A stretch of 63,652 bases of DNA, the filler included, from Lenisia limosa (Eukaryota > Protista > Breviatea): assembly GCA_001655205.1 (NCBI GenBank). It is 11 parts of 11 records of this genome, joined end to end, with 100 filler letters (N's around TTAATTAATTAA, not from the genome) between each part and the next. Parts side by side here need not be neighbours in the genome. Positions count along the whole stretch, not along the records: positions 12,393 to 38,963 come from LPNZ01007230.1; positions 39,064 to 41,277 come from LPNZ01002848.1; 9 more parts are not named here. The stretch is one strand, 5' to 3'. Under the pieces are notes generated by a model. It worked only from the letters and a program-made list of their open reading frames with translations, did no database searches and had not been told where the DNA came from. Shown one piece after another: positions 27,192 through 40,301 of this stretch. Positions within the stretch are counted from its first letter, which is position 1; each line of letters opens with the position of its first letter. Both the position numbers and the translations under genes were made by a program.

Positions 27192-30100
27192 TCCCCTCAT
27201 ACTGTTACATAAAGGAAGAACCTCAATTTGAGGCTTTTTGTTTTGGGATACAGACTGAAGGGTTAGGTGATTTAAATGATAAATGAAATGACAACCACGG
27301 AACCCCCTAACCTTAATAACTCGCTTTATATCAAGGATTTGTACAGGTTTGTGGATATAATCATCCATTCCAGCCTAGTGGAGGTGAGTGGTTAAGGTAC
27401 AGTAAATAGCTCAAGAAAGTGAAGTGGATTACTAAAAACAAGAATACATGAAACAAAATGACAATTATGTCGCTCACTTTTCGAGCGGCTTCGTGGTTCC
27501 ACGCCATGACAGAAGCCGATAATCCAATGATAGAGGGTCGTTTTGACTTGTCGGGTTGCCTGTGTGGTTATTCAAAAGAAAAGCTCAAAAACTGAAAGCA
27601 GTATAAACACCTAAGGAATGAAGGCCTACCGTTCACAAATGCATTTAGCGCAATCCAGTCCGTTCATTCGAGGCATTTGGATGTCCATCAGAACCAGGTC
27701 GTAACTGGGGGTCAAGGAACATTTTCATAAGCGACAAGTGATGCTATCATATAGTATACAATTTTTATCTATAGCTGATTTATTGTTTTTTTATTATTAT
27801 CAAAGATTGTAAGATAGTTTGCAAAAGAGAGTCGCCAATACCACACAACAAATGACAATAGCCTACACTGTGCTTTCCATCTTCTCAATGGCTTCGATTC
27901 CATCCTCGCATTTGTCGGTAGAACAACCCAGTTTTGACAGCACCAACTCAATAACTTTCAGATTTATGGGATTCTAAATCATGAAATAAAATGAAAATAG
28001 GGTAGACAAGTTTATCAGTTCAACTCTGGTCAGAGGTTGCTTACATCATCAACGAGAAGGATACGCAGGGGAATTTGAGGTGACAGTTGTCGCACTCGCT
28101 TTTTAGACCTTGGGGACCAGGTTTGGCTTCGTGGGGTGGGGGTAGGTGAGGGGGTTTCGGAAAATGAGAGGTCGATGACCGGGGTGGATACAGTGCTCCT
28201 TGTTCTGGAACTGGTCAGTGGATACAGTGCTTGTTTTGGAACTGGTCAGTGGATACAGTGCTCCTTGTTCTGGAACTGTTCAGTAAAGTGATATGAGGGA
28301 AGGAAAAAGAAGTTTCTGACTGAATCATTAGAATATATAGAATGCGGGGATATTGAAAGGTCTTCAACATAGTGTTCAAAACGACCTCTCACATATTGGG
28401 CTGCACCGAAGGGGCCAATTGAATATTGTAGTCAATCTGGTGGATCAGCAGGGATATCACTCGCAAACCTGGGCAGAGGGTGTGGACGGCAGAATGAGGG
28501 GAGTTGTTCCCGGAGTGTTGCTGTTGCTTTTGCTTCGTGTGAGCAAGGCAGATTGGAGGCAATCAAAGAATGTTGCGTGACGCGTGGGGAAGGAAAGCGA
28601 TGGTTTGAGCCCCCTTTTCAGCTTGGGTGCCAATGCGTTGGTCATGAGAACCACGGGGAGTTGAGACATCTTGTTAGAACAAATAATAAACCTCAAAGAG
28701 CTGGGGGAATCGCTTTCTTGTCCAAATTGATTCACAGACAACACACTACAAAATAAGAAACCAAAAGAGACCACAGGTACAGTACGTATGATATCATTTG
28801 CCAGCATTTACAGCCAATAAAACCGCTTACAATGGGGTACGAAGTGCAAGACTTGGCGATAACGGCTTTCTCGAAAATGGTCGTATCGGAGTATACGGTA
28901 GTCTGCACGTTCCACACGGCTGCCATTTGCTGCAGCATTTTCCCTCGAGTCATAGTCATCGGTGCCGGTGGCTTAAGCGGACCTTTCGCTTGGTGCAGGG
29001 GGGACGTCGCCATAGTCTACCATGTCAAAGCGAAGAGTGGAGAATATAGAAGAGGACCCCCTCCCATATTAATAATAATAGGAGTTTTATTGAACAGAAA
29101 ACGACCACAAACCTCTTCCTGATAATGAGGATCACAGATCAATATTTCCTTCCCCGCAAGCTCCTGGTCTCCGTTCAAAACATAGTCATAGACATGGGGA
29201 CAGTCTTCAGCAGATGAATGCGATGAATCCGACTCTTTCTCATTAATTTGGGCAGCAAATGTGAAATGAAACGCTGAGCCTTGGTTGACCTTGGACTGGA
29301 CCCAAATTTGCCCTCCCAGAAGGTGAACAAGGCCCTAAAGAGGGGTGATGCGCAATTAAGTGAAATATCGTGAGATGAGAAAAGTAATTCAGATGTTGCA
29401 TGCACCCCCTCACTCTGCAGATGGCAAGCCCCAGGCCGGCACCATTGCGGACACTGTTACTGTCGTCAGCAGCCTGCTCGAACGTTCCAAAGACCCGGCC
29501 CACGTCCTTAGGGTGGATTCCCTTGCCCTGAGCGGTTATAGTGGTTGAAATTTATGAAACAAAGCAAAACAAAAACATCAAATGGCAAACAACTTTTAAA
29601 TACAGCCAAAATATTGGTACTATTGTTTTGCATTTGCGATGTCCTTGCTATGTTAACCTTCATATAGCGACTCAGCACTCCAACTACCTCATCTTGAACA
29701 GAAATCTGAATATACGTCATGTTTTGCACATCCACGGAGGGGTCCATGTCCATGTCAGGCTCCCTGATGTTGTTATGGAATGTTCGTAGGGATGAGGAAG
29801 AGTCGTAAGTATAATGTACAATAAAAAGAAAAAGAGGAGTGGTGCCAAGTTGAGCAATATCAACTCACCTCTCAAACTTTGGGATTTGATACTCCAGCGG
29901 CACAGGAGCTGAAGTGGTAAATTGTGATATACACCAACTTATAGTAGACATCTCTCAAAAAATTGTTATCACGATTAATATATGATATACAATTATAAGC
30001 ACTACATATTAGCTCCATATGATATGTATTCATCATATGAATAATAGACATAACCTGCAAACTTTCATGTGTAAGTCTGGTCGGGCCAAGAATAGGCGAA

Positions 30101-33100
30101 GGCTCTACCAACACTGAACGGCCAGCATCCGGGGAAGGAATACCTCGAATTCCGTCAGACCGTGCAGCGTTGTTCTTTGGCTTGACCTCTTTGTTGACAA
30201 GGATTTGGAGGTCCTTGGACATTTCGAGTGGACGAAACTTGGCAGACGCTGTGCTGGCGTTTGAAGCCTGGAAGGAGTCAGGAAGATAGACATGCTGGTA
30301 TTTGAAGCCTGGAAGGAGTCAGGAAGAGAGACATAGGGAAGATTACATTGAGCAAAAGCCTCTTGAAAAATAAGAATTTTGGTCCGTATACAATGTATTA
30401 GACTGTTACATATCAATAATATAGTAATACAAATATATTTGTTTCCCATATGCTAACATTTTTCTCAAACAATAGCAGCCAGCCCCATTGAGAGAAGAGG
30501 TAAAAAAGAACAACAAAAATAAACAAAACACAAACATTTTTTTTTTTTTTTTTTTTTTTNNNNNNNNNNNNNNNNNNNNNNNNNNNNNNNNNNNNNNNNN
30601 NNNNNNNNNNNNNNNNNNNNNNNNNNNNNNNNNNNNNNNNNNNNNNNNNNNNNNNNNNNNNNNNNNNNNNNNNNNNNNNNNNNNNNNAAAATGTTGCCAA
30701 AACTCTCAGAACTTCCATGATTGTTGGAGCTCTAATGGTTCATAACAACATTGAAAATGTGACACAACTCTCAGATCCAAATAAAAATGAGTCATATCTG
30801 GGGTGCTGCTCACCTCAATAGTGTCGAGCTGGTCCTTGATTGTGAGCGGTTGCTTGAGTTTCGCACTAGCAAACAGGTCGGTGTTGAGAAGGGCTGACGA
30901 AACAAAAGGTTTGTTTTCGAAGAATGGGTTGGTGTTTGGGACGGGAAATCTTGGGGATATTGGAGGGCTTGTGTTGTGCGGGATCTGAAGGTGAAGGGTG
31001 AAACATAACTTCCCAATAAGTTCGAGAATGTGACGAGAAATTCAATCTTTTTTAGAAGTGATGGGAAGCCCTATAGTAAAGTGGAAAGATGCTTGCCCGT
31101 CCTAATAATCAAATATCCCACCTTGTTGTAAGGGGAGCGTTTTTTCGGGTTCATTTCGGGTGTGACATTTGACGGGGATGAGCTCTGAACAACACTCGCT
31201 TGCACCACCACTCGTGACCCGGTGGGAGAGAATTTGACTAAATCGTAAGGGGCAGTTTCCTCAGCATTTGAGAAGCTTGACTATTACAAAGGTACAAATG
31301 TATATTCCCTGATGGATCAATAGAATATACTATACTATATGATGATATAGTTATATGATATGTATATTATGCATATCAGTATACTATAGTATATAATATA
31401 GTATATGATATACAAAGGAAAATCGGTCAAAACTTACCACGGTTACTGTATATGATATAATATACTATACATACAAAGGGGTAAAAATCATCTGGCACCC
31501 CCTTACTGGCATTATTTAGTAAGTTGATGATGACCTGAAGAACTCTCTCTCGGTCAGATACCACTGTTTCGGGAAGAGACGGTTCAAGCTCCCATAACAA
31601 CGTTATTGACTTCTTCCGTGCCTATAAAGGGAGTAGCGTTAGCGTTGCAGTGGACAATGTTTGCAAAGTAAGAAGACCTGTAAAGTACCATCACTGGATG
31701 CCGCCAACCATCCTTACCCCCCCACCAAACAAGCAACTAGCTCCATGGCCTGGGCTATGACTTCAACCAGGTAAATGGTTTCATTTCGAATGGTCACCTT
31801 CAGGTGTTATTAATAGAACAATAGAAGGGGGGGAGGGGGTCGACAGTGGACAAAGGGAAAACAGAATAACTCCAGATACAAGACCAACCAATATTTACAT
31901 GTACATACATATAGTTTCATCAGAAAAAAAAATCATTCAATTAATCAACTTGCCTCTGAGTACAACTCAAACTTTTTTTTAAAAAAGCAAGTGTGAACTC
32001 TATGAAGAAAACAGGTGTTATGAAACCCGTCTTTTTGAGTACCAAGAAAGACCAAGTGCAAACCTTTCCAGCAGCGAGTTTCTTGAAGTCCAAAATGTCG
32101 TTGACAAGACTGATTAGGAGGGCGCCACTCTCATGCATCGTTGACACTATCTCCCTACAAGGTTAGAATTGGAGGATTTTAACTATTGCCTTACAATATC
32201 ACATCCCCCAATATTCAAAAATGATAGTTGTCTTTCGAATGATACATTGACCCACTTATGCTCGGGATCCAAGTCTTCTTCCATGAGAACCTGGGCTAAC
32301 CCAAGAACACAGTTCAGCGGGGTACCTGTTGGGTTATTGAAGCAAAACAGCGATGTCCAGAATATGAGAAAATAAATATAAAATCTTAAACAGGTAATAA
32401 TGCAGTAATAAATAACAATGATTTGGTGACCTGGAGAAGAAAAGAAGAGAAACTCACGTATCTCATGACTCATGGTTGATAAGAACGCAGTTTGCGCCTG
32501 GGCCACACGCTCAGCCGCAACCTAAGGTTTTAGGGGGGATGCAGGACAATATAATGATAATCACACAAGTCAGCCGACCTTTTGGACAAGGTAGTCATCA
32601 GCTCGTCGCCTCTGGGTGTTGTCGTGATGTACAACGTCAATCAGCAGTCTGGGGCCCTGGACAGATCAATTGCTATGGGGCTACATTCATGAGTGCAACT
32701 AATTTTGAAATCTAGTTTTAGCCATAATATTACAAAGTTGCAGTGGGAAAAGAACATTGTCTACTGTCTGAAGATTTGTTCATAAAAAAGCCTTTCGCTT
32801 TTGCAATTATGAACCCTCTCACGTTGACAGAATGAAAGAAGCAGGCGGAGAATATGAGTGTGATATCTAAGAAGTTGCCATCAAGGCTCTTCATCACGGT
32901 GTTGATCTAAACTATCAATATGGATAAGGGTCTTCCAGATATTTGAATCTTGGGAAACAAAAGAAATCCATTGCGAGACAAGCTGTTTGTTTCTCAAGAT
33001 CAAACAGACTCACAGTTTCCATTTCCACACCCAAGCCCCAACCTCAATGACTCGCTCGTTCTGGTGGAGGGCAACAATGATCCGCTTGAACTCTTCCACA

Positions 33101-35980
33101 AATGCTGAAAAGAAATAATGAGTGCTGTTTTCATATGGTAAATCAAAAACCAAATCCAAATGCAATCTATTGAGAATCATCACTGTAGTAGTGAACCACG
33201 ACCAACCCGAGGTGTAGCAGTATCTTGCTCGTTCAATGAGGTCATTGCGCGTTTTAGCGCCGTAGAGGTCCACAGCAGACTGATTGGCGTCAACCAGTTT
33301 GGTGTGGCCCAAACACGTTGTTACGAGCTGCGGGTTGTTCTGGGGGGTTAATACCTGCGGGTGGAAACTTCTTTGGTGCAAGAAAACACATAGCTAAATA
33401 TAATAGTGTGATACAGATAAAATAGGGGGCTGACAAATGACTTTGTAGTTTGGAGAGTAGCCTACATCTAGATATAACTGGAGATTTGGGATTTCTCTGA
33501 AATTGATTTTCTCCAAAATATGAAGCACCAATGTGTAGTCTTCGACAGTCCTGTACAGTAAAAAATAAGTCATGATATCAGCAGCTCTGATTGTCAGCAT
33601 GTAATTGTATTCGAAATATCCCGGCTGCCTACATAGCTACAGGAGCATTGAGGAACAAGCCTCGGAAGCGGGTTTCGGACTCGACAAAAGAGCGCTGGCC
33701 TCGGGTCATATCGGTGACAAGAATGTAAGCTACGGAGACCTGGGGGGGTCAATGCTTCATATTGAGAGAAGTGATTGTTATAGTTTTTTCCATTTCGGAA
33801 CGCAGCGAATGCTACATCCTCCTCTCCCTACCAAGGAGTAGTCCTCATCAACAGCCTTCCAATGTACACGAAGCTCCTTTTGGCCAATATTCGACTGGAA
33901 CCATGTTTGTGTCGCTATTTCAGACTGCATTTGATGAACAAAAGGTGAATCGGTTTCCAATAAATATTGTTATTACAGTTGAATATGTGAAATATAGTGA
34001 AAATTGATGTTTCAAAATGAAAAATGTTTTGATATACTATGTATAATGACAAAGCTCAAAGGCATGCCTCGAGCACATTACATAAACAAAGGCTAGTGTT
34101 AATTTGAGACCACAGAGAGGCTCAGTTCACTCACCTTCTTCATGAGCATTGCCTGTATGGTGTGGTGAAAAGTAGCCAACGACTGTTCACTCATGTCACG
34201 GAAGGGCGTGTCTGACCTCCGCTTCCCAACCAGTTCCTAAGATGACGATTACAGTCTAAGATGGAGGTACCAGTAAAGCCTTAACATATCAGGATCTTGG
34301 TTTTAGAAAACTGCTGTGTTGAAACAAATATAAATCCGACTTAAGATCACCATTACCCCCTAGTCCAGCCCACCTCGTCCAAGGGAATTCCAAAGAGTTC
34401 TCTGAACATGGGGTTGGCAGCCCTGAACATAACAAGTCCCGAAAGCTCCTTCAGAGTGCCCAGGTCACAGAAAATCTTCTCGGCATCATCCGCTGTGTGA
34501 ATCCCAAGCTACGAGCGGTGAGTAGGGATAGTGCACTATCACAAGTTTTTGAAAAATCCTCTATTATTTGCATTCTTTTTGTGACGGCGCTTTTGCTGAG
34601 AAAAAGATTGTCTAATCTTATACTACCTAGTTTCAATTCTCATTTCTATATATTGTGTTATAATTTAAGAAAAACTCTTAATGGAGAACAGACAAAGAGC
34701 GGACTTCCCGCACCAGGTACCCCCCCCCCTCCCACTTCTTTGACTCGTCTGAGGACCTCAGAGTAATCAAACACTAGGCACGGCACGGGAAGGATGTCGA
34801 TATGCGCAGCGTCAAAGGTTGACTTCAGAGGGCAGATGGGAAGCTCAAATTCTGAAGCATGTTATTGTTTCAAACTAGGATCATCATAATAGGCGGCCAT
34901 ATTCATCTCATGCTTGTTCGTAGTGTGTCACTTTGTGTCACAATATCCTTTACCTACTTTCCGGTTCATTGAAGCTTGGAAGGGACAGTAACGATGAAGA
35001 CGATCTAAGGGATTAGTTTCATTCCATTTATGAATTTGACAAAAAAAGGCTCACAAAAATGATACCTAAAGAAGGGGATAGCATTTAAAATTTCAGCTGT
35101 ATTAATTCATAAACAACAAATAAATCTGATTAGCTGGCGTGGCCAGATGGCTAAATCCAAACCTGCCCACCTTGTGAGGTTTGATTGCGATGACAGAAGC
35201 GCCTGGCTTGATGGAGAAGCACAGCCGTCGAGAGACAGGTAGTTGGCCATGTCGGCCTCAGGCGGCATTTTGTCGTAGTCGTTGGCGTAAGATCCAATAT
35301 GCGGCAGCGTAGCAGCCAACGATGGAGACTTTATCGCCATGGGCTGTGTGCTGGGATATGACACCACGCCCTCATGAGAAACGGGTAGGAATGCCACGCT
35401 TTCTGACGTGCGGACATATTGAAGAGGCGAAATCGCGCCAGGACTTTCCATGTCCGAGTGAGGCGACTCCGCAGTCTGCTGGCCATTTGCCTGTGTTTTC
35501 GGTCCTTTTGGTGTGGGAACGCCAGGCTTCAGGTGGGCTGGCGGGGGGAACACGAATGGACTGTTGCGATATGTCGTAAACGGGGAAGCGGCAGGGGAGG
35601 GTTCCACGTCCGGGGCAGGATGGATCTGGGCAGCGGTGTTTGGACTCGATGGAGTAAAGTTATTCAAGTTTAAGGCAGGCGGTCTTAACGCAGTGAAATG
35701 TGCCGGGGAGGGGTTCCTATCACTGTCTCCTCGAGGCTTGTCAGTAGGGGATGAGGATCTTGACAGCGGATTGACAGGGGAGCGAATCCCCGTCGTTGGG
35801 GCTGGGTGAATCGATGATCCGGCATGACTGCAGGGAAATTAGTACGGGAAGAGACTAAGCTTACCTAGGGAAACCATTAGGAGTTGTAAACTGCAATCTG
35901 AGGTCATTTGGAAGCTGGAACTTTCTTTTAGGCGCTATTGCAGCCTGTTTAACTGGCCCTGAAGGCTGTAGGCTTGGCAT
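26985..35980 (-). CDS. Hybrid histidine kinase: disordered N-terminus, PAS-PAS, HisKA, HATPase_c, degenerate receiver, receiver
   Basis: PAS RAANPMFRELFG and LVDANQSAVDLYGA; H-box FLSTMSHEIRTPLNCVLG; LVNDILDFKKLAAGK; N-box VLQVIINLLNNA-KFS; ISVQDE; GAGLGLAICR; LLGGQIWVQSKVNQGSAFHF; REC LRILLVDD...YDLVLMDIQMPRMNGLD...IIGLSA...GMDDYIHKP. Start (35980) and C-terminal end are tentative; the conserved core ends near 27310. Confidence 0.92.
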
Positions 35981-36350
35981 TTGGTTCAGGTCATTTCAAC
36001 CGTGCTTATTCACCAACATATTATTCAAATGACTCTCATAAATTACAAAATTAAACAGTCTTAAAGCCTTTCCACGCTGAAATTCTGGGGGTTTTGAGAT
36101 TTTTACTTTTTGGATCAATTTTGCGCATACGTGGACGCAAACTAATTTTTTTAAAATTTCATTTAAGCGTTAATTCGCAACCTAACAAGTATTTTTGGAT
36201 AGCTGTCATACTTTTTTGTTACTCGTAGACGGGACCCTTTACACAAACTACTCTTCACATTCTTATTTGCCCTGGAAGAACCTTATCTGTGGCCCTTTCC
36301 CTGATTTGTTGACTGCTACTTGAATAAATAGTGTTATAGACGCAAATAAA

Positions 36351-37004
36351 ATGGCTTCCAAAGGTCTTCTTTCCTTGGTAAGATGATTCGTCACAAAACT
36401 CATCTTTTTCAGACTGCCAGAGCGGCATCTCAAATCACAAAAATCCTTGCCCAGCAAGCCAAGCCTCACTTTGGATTGCGTATTGCTATCCAACGCGGCG
36501 GATGCTCAGGTTTGTGAGGCGAGATCTATGTTCCTATCAAATTCTCGGTCACCTTTTCAGGACTGAACTACAAACTTGACCTTGTTGAAAAGGCCGAGCC
36601 CGGGGATGAGATCATTGAAATGTTCGGTGCCAAGGTTGCTGTCGACCCCAAGTCTGCTGTTTTCGTTACCGGCTCAGAAATCGACTATGTAAGCGTAAAC
36701 ACTAACGTATTTCACAAAGCTTCACTTATTTTTCGTCTTCAAATGATTATTATCCAATGTTGAAAGTGTTATATTAATCAGCTGTCCTTGGGAGTTACTT
36801 ATGTGATATGATATTAGAGTGGATCTAGCATTTATTTTTCTGGGCTGAAGGAAGCAAAACTATCTCCTAATTGGTTTTGTCGTTTTGAAGAAGCTATGAC
36901 AAACTGTCACATTTTAGGTGACTGAGAACCTGAGAAGCGAGTTCAAGTTCAACAACCCCAATGCCGCTGCCAAATGCGGGTGTGGAGAGAGCTTCAAGAC
37001 AAAG
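36351..37004 (+). CDS. ISCA1: A-type iron-sulfur cluster assembly protein (IscA/ISCA1-like)
   Basis: MASKGLLSLTARAASQITKIL...FGLRIAIQRGGCSGLNYKLD...VAVDPKSAVFVTGSEIDY-VTENLRSEFKFNNPNAAAKCGCGESF. The final residues after 37004 are unresolved. Confidence 0.92.
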
Positions 37005-37302
37005 GTTAGACAATACCAATCAGTGCACCTGTGGGATTTGGACCTTGATAGAGTATTCAATCATTTTTTATTGTGTTGTGATATGGATAATGGAGTGCAA
37101 TATATAATATCAGCCATTCTGCACAATTGTCATAACCCTTTCAGCCCGACGGCGACAAATTCCAGGCCGTACAGGAGCTTCCTAAGTCCGAAAAGCCTGC
37201 CCACAATACAAAGTAATTATTTATCAGAGGTCCAACTTTTTCGGTACTGAATTAAGAGGGCGGATTTCAGTGTCAATACAGAGGGATACCACATGCAATT
37301 GT

Positions 37303-38754
37303 CTAAGAAATCTGGGGCGGTGCTAGCTGCTGCATTTCCTCCATACTTTCACGCAAGCCGCTGCTTTCCAAGGACTACAGGGTCATAATGAGCTGGTTAA
37401 TTAGCTGTCATTATTTCACATAGACGGACCAACAATTCAGCAGACGTGACCACTAATTCCCCTGACATATTGCAAAACTAACAGCTCTGTACTAAACCAA
37501 AGCATCACGAATACGGCGTGAAGCATATTGCCAACGATCTGCAGTACCTGTTGCAAAGTCGACTGCAGCTGCATCATATCATTAGACACATTGCTGATGA
37601 CGGACTCCGCCTCTTCAATGAATGCGCGCTGGGACGCCAAGGATCTTTCCATTGCCTTCGCCAAATCATCAAAGCCTATAGAATCAAAGGCAACCTCTTT
37701 TTGGAAATCAAGCTCTAATATGGTGTGTATGGAACCTTCCGTATTATTCAAAAACACACCAAAATCGGTGATTTGTGTATCATTTCATATCAACACAAAG
37801 ACTAGTATAATATCGCTGTGATGACAAGAAGACTGGTATAATATCGCTGTAATGACAATTGACAAACACAAACCTTGAAGTCTCCTCAGCCGGTTCAAAC
37901 GGTGCGAAATGTTAAGTGCTATGTTTTTGAACGTTGTTACCTAGCCAATAAGAACCAGAGTGATGAATGGTAATTAGTAAAGCAAGTAGGACTTCTCTTC
38001 AGAAGAGAAAAGACCAGACATTTATTGAGAGTTATTTTTGAAGAAGTGAAATCCAAGCAAGGAAATACAACGCGGTACGGAAATAACACTCGATAATGAT
38101 ATCGACACCGTGAAAAATGTATAAATGAGAAATAAAACAAGGTATTGCCTGTTTTAAAGTTCAAATATTATGCAATTCTGCAGCAACACACCACAGACGT
38201 ACCTTCTCATCGACAACAAGCGGGTTCTCAACCAAGGTGTCTACAATCTCAAAATACGCACAAACCAAAGACCGTGATAGTTTCCACACAGAGTTGACAT
38301 CATCTAAAATTACAAAGAAAGAAAACTGTCATTGGGGAGGTAGTTGGGCACCCCTGCGTCTTCCAACGAAGGCGGTTCTGCACCAAACTAATGAAATCAA
38401 AACCTTAATATCTCTATGTCACTAGGGTTTCACTTCGGCTTTAAAAAGATAGATTTTATTGAGATGTTTCCTCTTGATTTCCCAGTCTTTTACAAACCGT
38501 AAGAGTAAAATTAAGGCTGCAGTCGGAGCGGGAGAGCAAAAGGAGCCCTTAAATACTGATACAAAGCACGATCCACAACCAACATTTTCCGTGTAGCCAA
38601 AAACCCTGTACTCCCCAGTTGGCACTGGTGGAGGGGCGGGAGGGGTGATGACGTAGCCTTCCGGCACAGTCTTCCTTGTCAGTCCTTCGGGTATCGTGGC
38701 GCCATGCTTGTAGAGGGGAAAGTATGGCGGCGGTGGGGGATATGTAGACTGCAT
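37303..38754 (-). CDS. MED7: Mediator complex subunit 7
   Basis: MQSTYPPPPPYFPLY...PPPVPTGEYRVFG; LVENPLVVDEK; NISHRLNRLRRLQGFDDLAKAMER (compare NIHHLINEYRPHQARETL); stop at 37303-37305. Confidence 0.8.
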
Positions 38755-39159
38755 TGTCTTGGCTACGGTAATCGGTCTAAACAGCCATAATGCTAAAGGG
38801 GTGCTACTGTGCTCTTGGGGGAGTGAATGTGATTATAACTCACGTTCAACAGATCGAGAGGGATTTGATTTGATGAAAAAGGTGACACCACTTCCCAGCA
38901 AAGACATGCATAACCCCACTCTACTCCCTCATGAAGTGCAGATATATTCTCCCCCCCCCCCCCNNNNNNNNNNNNNNNNNNNNNNNNNNNNNNNNNNNNN
39001 NNNNNNNTTAATTAATTAANNNNNNNNNNNNNNNNNNNNNNNNNNNNNNNNNNNNNNNNNNNNAGGGAGGGAGGGAGAGAGAAAGAGAGAGAGAAAATGA
39101 TAAAAAAAGAACGAAAGAGAGATAGAAAAGAGAGAGAGATAAAAACAGAGAGAGAAGAA

Positions 39160-40301
39160 ACAGAGTGGAGGTCTACACATCCAGATGAGAGCAATATATC
39201 CAACTTGGGACCAACCTGCAGGGGAAACTGGGGACAGGGGTGCTTGGCTCTAGGAAATAAAAACAGAACAAGAAGAACAACCATGGGGAAAATGAATAAA
39301 AAACGCTGTTGATCCAAACCTGATTTTGAGAGGAGGCCTCATCAACAACAATGGGCTGCGAGGGCGGTACCGGCTCCTCCTCTTCGTCCGGCTTGATGAC
39401 GACAGGTGGCAATGGCGGTGGCTGAAAGTGTCATTTTAGTTATGATTATCATTGTCGGTGTGTTCCATTTATTATTGTATTTTTACCATGGGATCGATAA
39501 AACCAATGCCTTTACTGTTATGAATACTAGAAAGCAGAAGGAAATGACCAACTGATCCAACGAAATGACAAAATATTAATTCAAGAAAATAGGTAGCATT
39601 CAATTCTAGGTGAACCTTGCTACTGAACAGAAAGAAGAAAAAAAAAAAANNNNNNNNNNNNNNNNNNNNNNNNNNNNNNNNNNNNNNNNNNNNNNACCAC
39701 CATCCAACCCCCAACCTGTGGAGGACCATCAAGGGTGGACTGATTTGTCTGTTCAGAGGGACGAGCGGGGGGTGCTAAGGTTAAGTGAGGGAAACAAACC
39801 CATATTCAGCAAATAGTATTATTATATCTACCTCAGTAAGTATCACCATTCATAAAAAACCAAAAACACAAATAAAAAAAATAAAAAACCTGGTAGAGGG
39901 CACATGGGCTTCTTAGGTCGACGGGGAACTATAATGTCAAGAAGTTGCCTCATTATAACCACCTTCAAAGCAAAATGCGATCCCTACTAACCTGCAGGGG
40001 AGATCTGAACATCCTCAATGGGAATGACATTTTCTTCGGAGGGATCTGTCATCCTAACTGTTCTAGGCACTCTTGGGGGGATTCTCTTTCCGGTAGGGGG
40101 CCGAAGAAGTGACCTTAGATTGGGTTGGTCAGATCTAGGGGGAAGAGGTACTGGTGAGGTGGTGCTTCTATAATCTCCAAAAGCAAGTCCTAAATCAAGA
40201 GGACAGCGAACTGAGACACGAGGGAGGGGAGGAGGTGCCACACTAGAAAGTAAGCCGAAAAAAATACTTCGACAAGGATTCCCCTTCCGCCTATTAATCA
40301 A
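39160..40301 (-). CDS. Hypothetical proline-rich protein, fragment
   Basis: Minus-strand exons PPPLPRVSVRCPLDLG...EDVQISPA and PPPLPPVVIKPDEEEEPVPPSQPIVVDEASSQNQ with GT-AG borders. No domain recognised. Confidence 0.35.
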
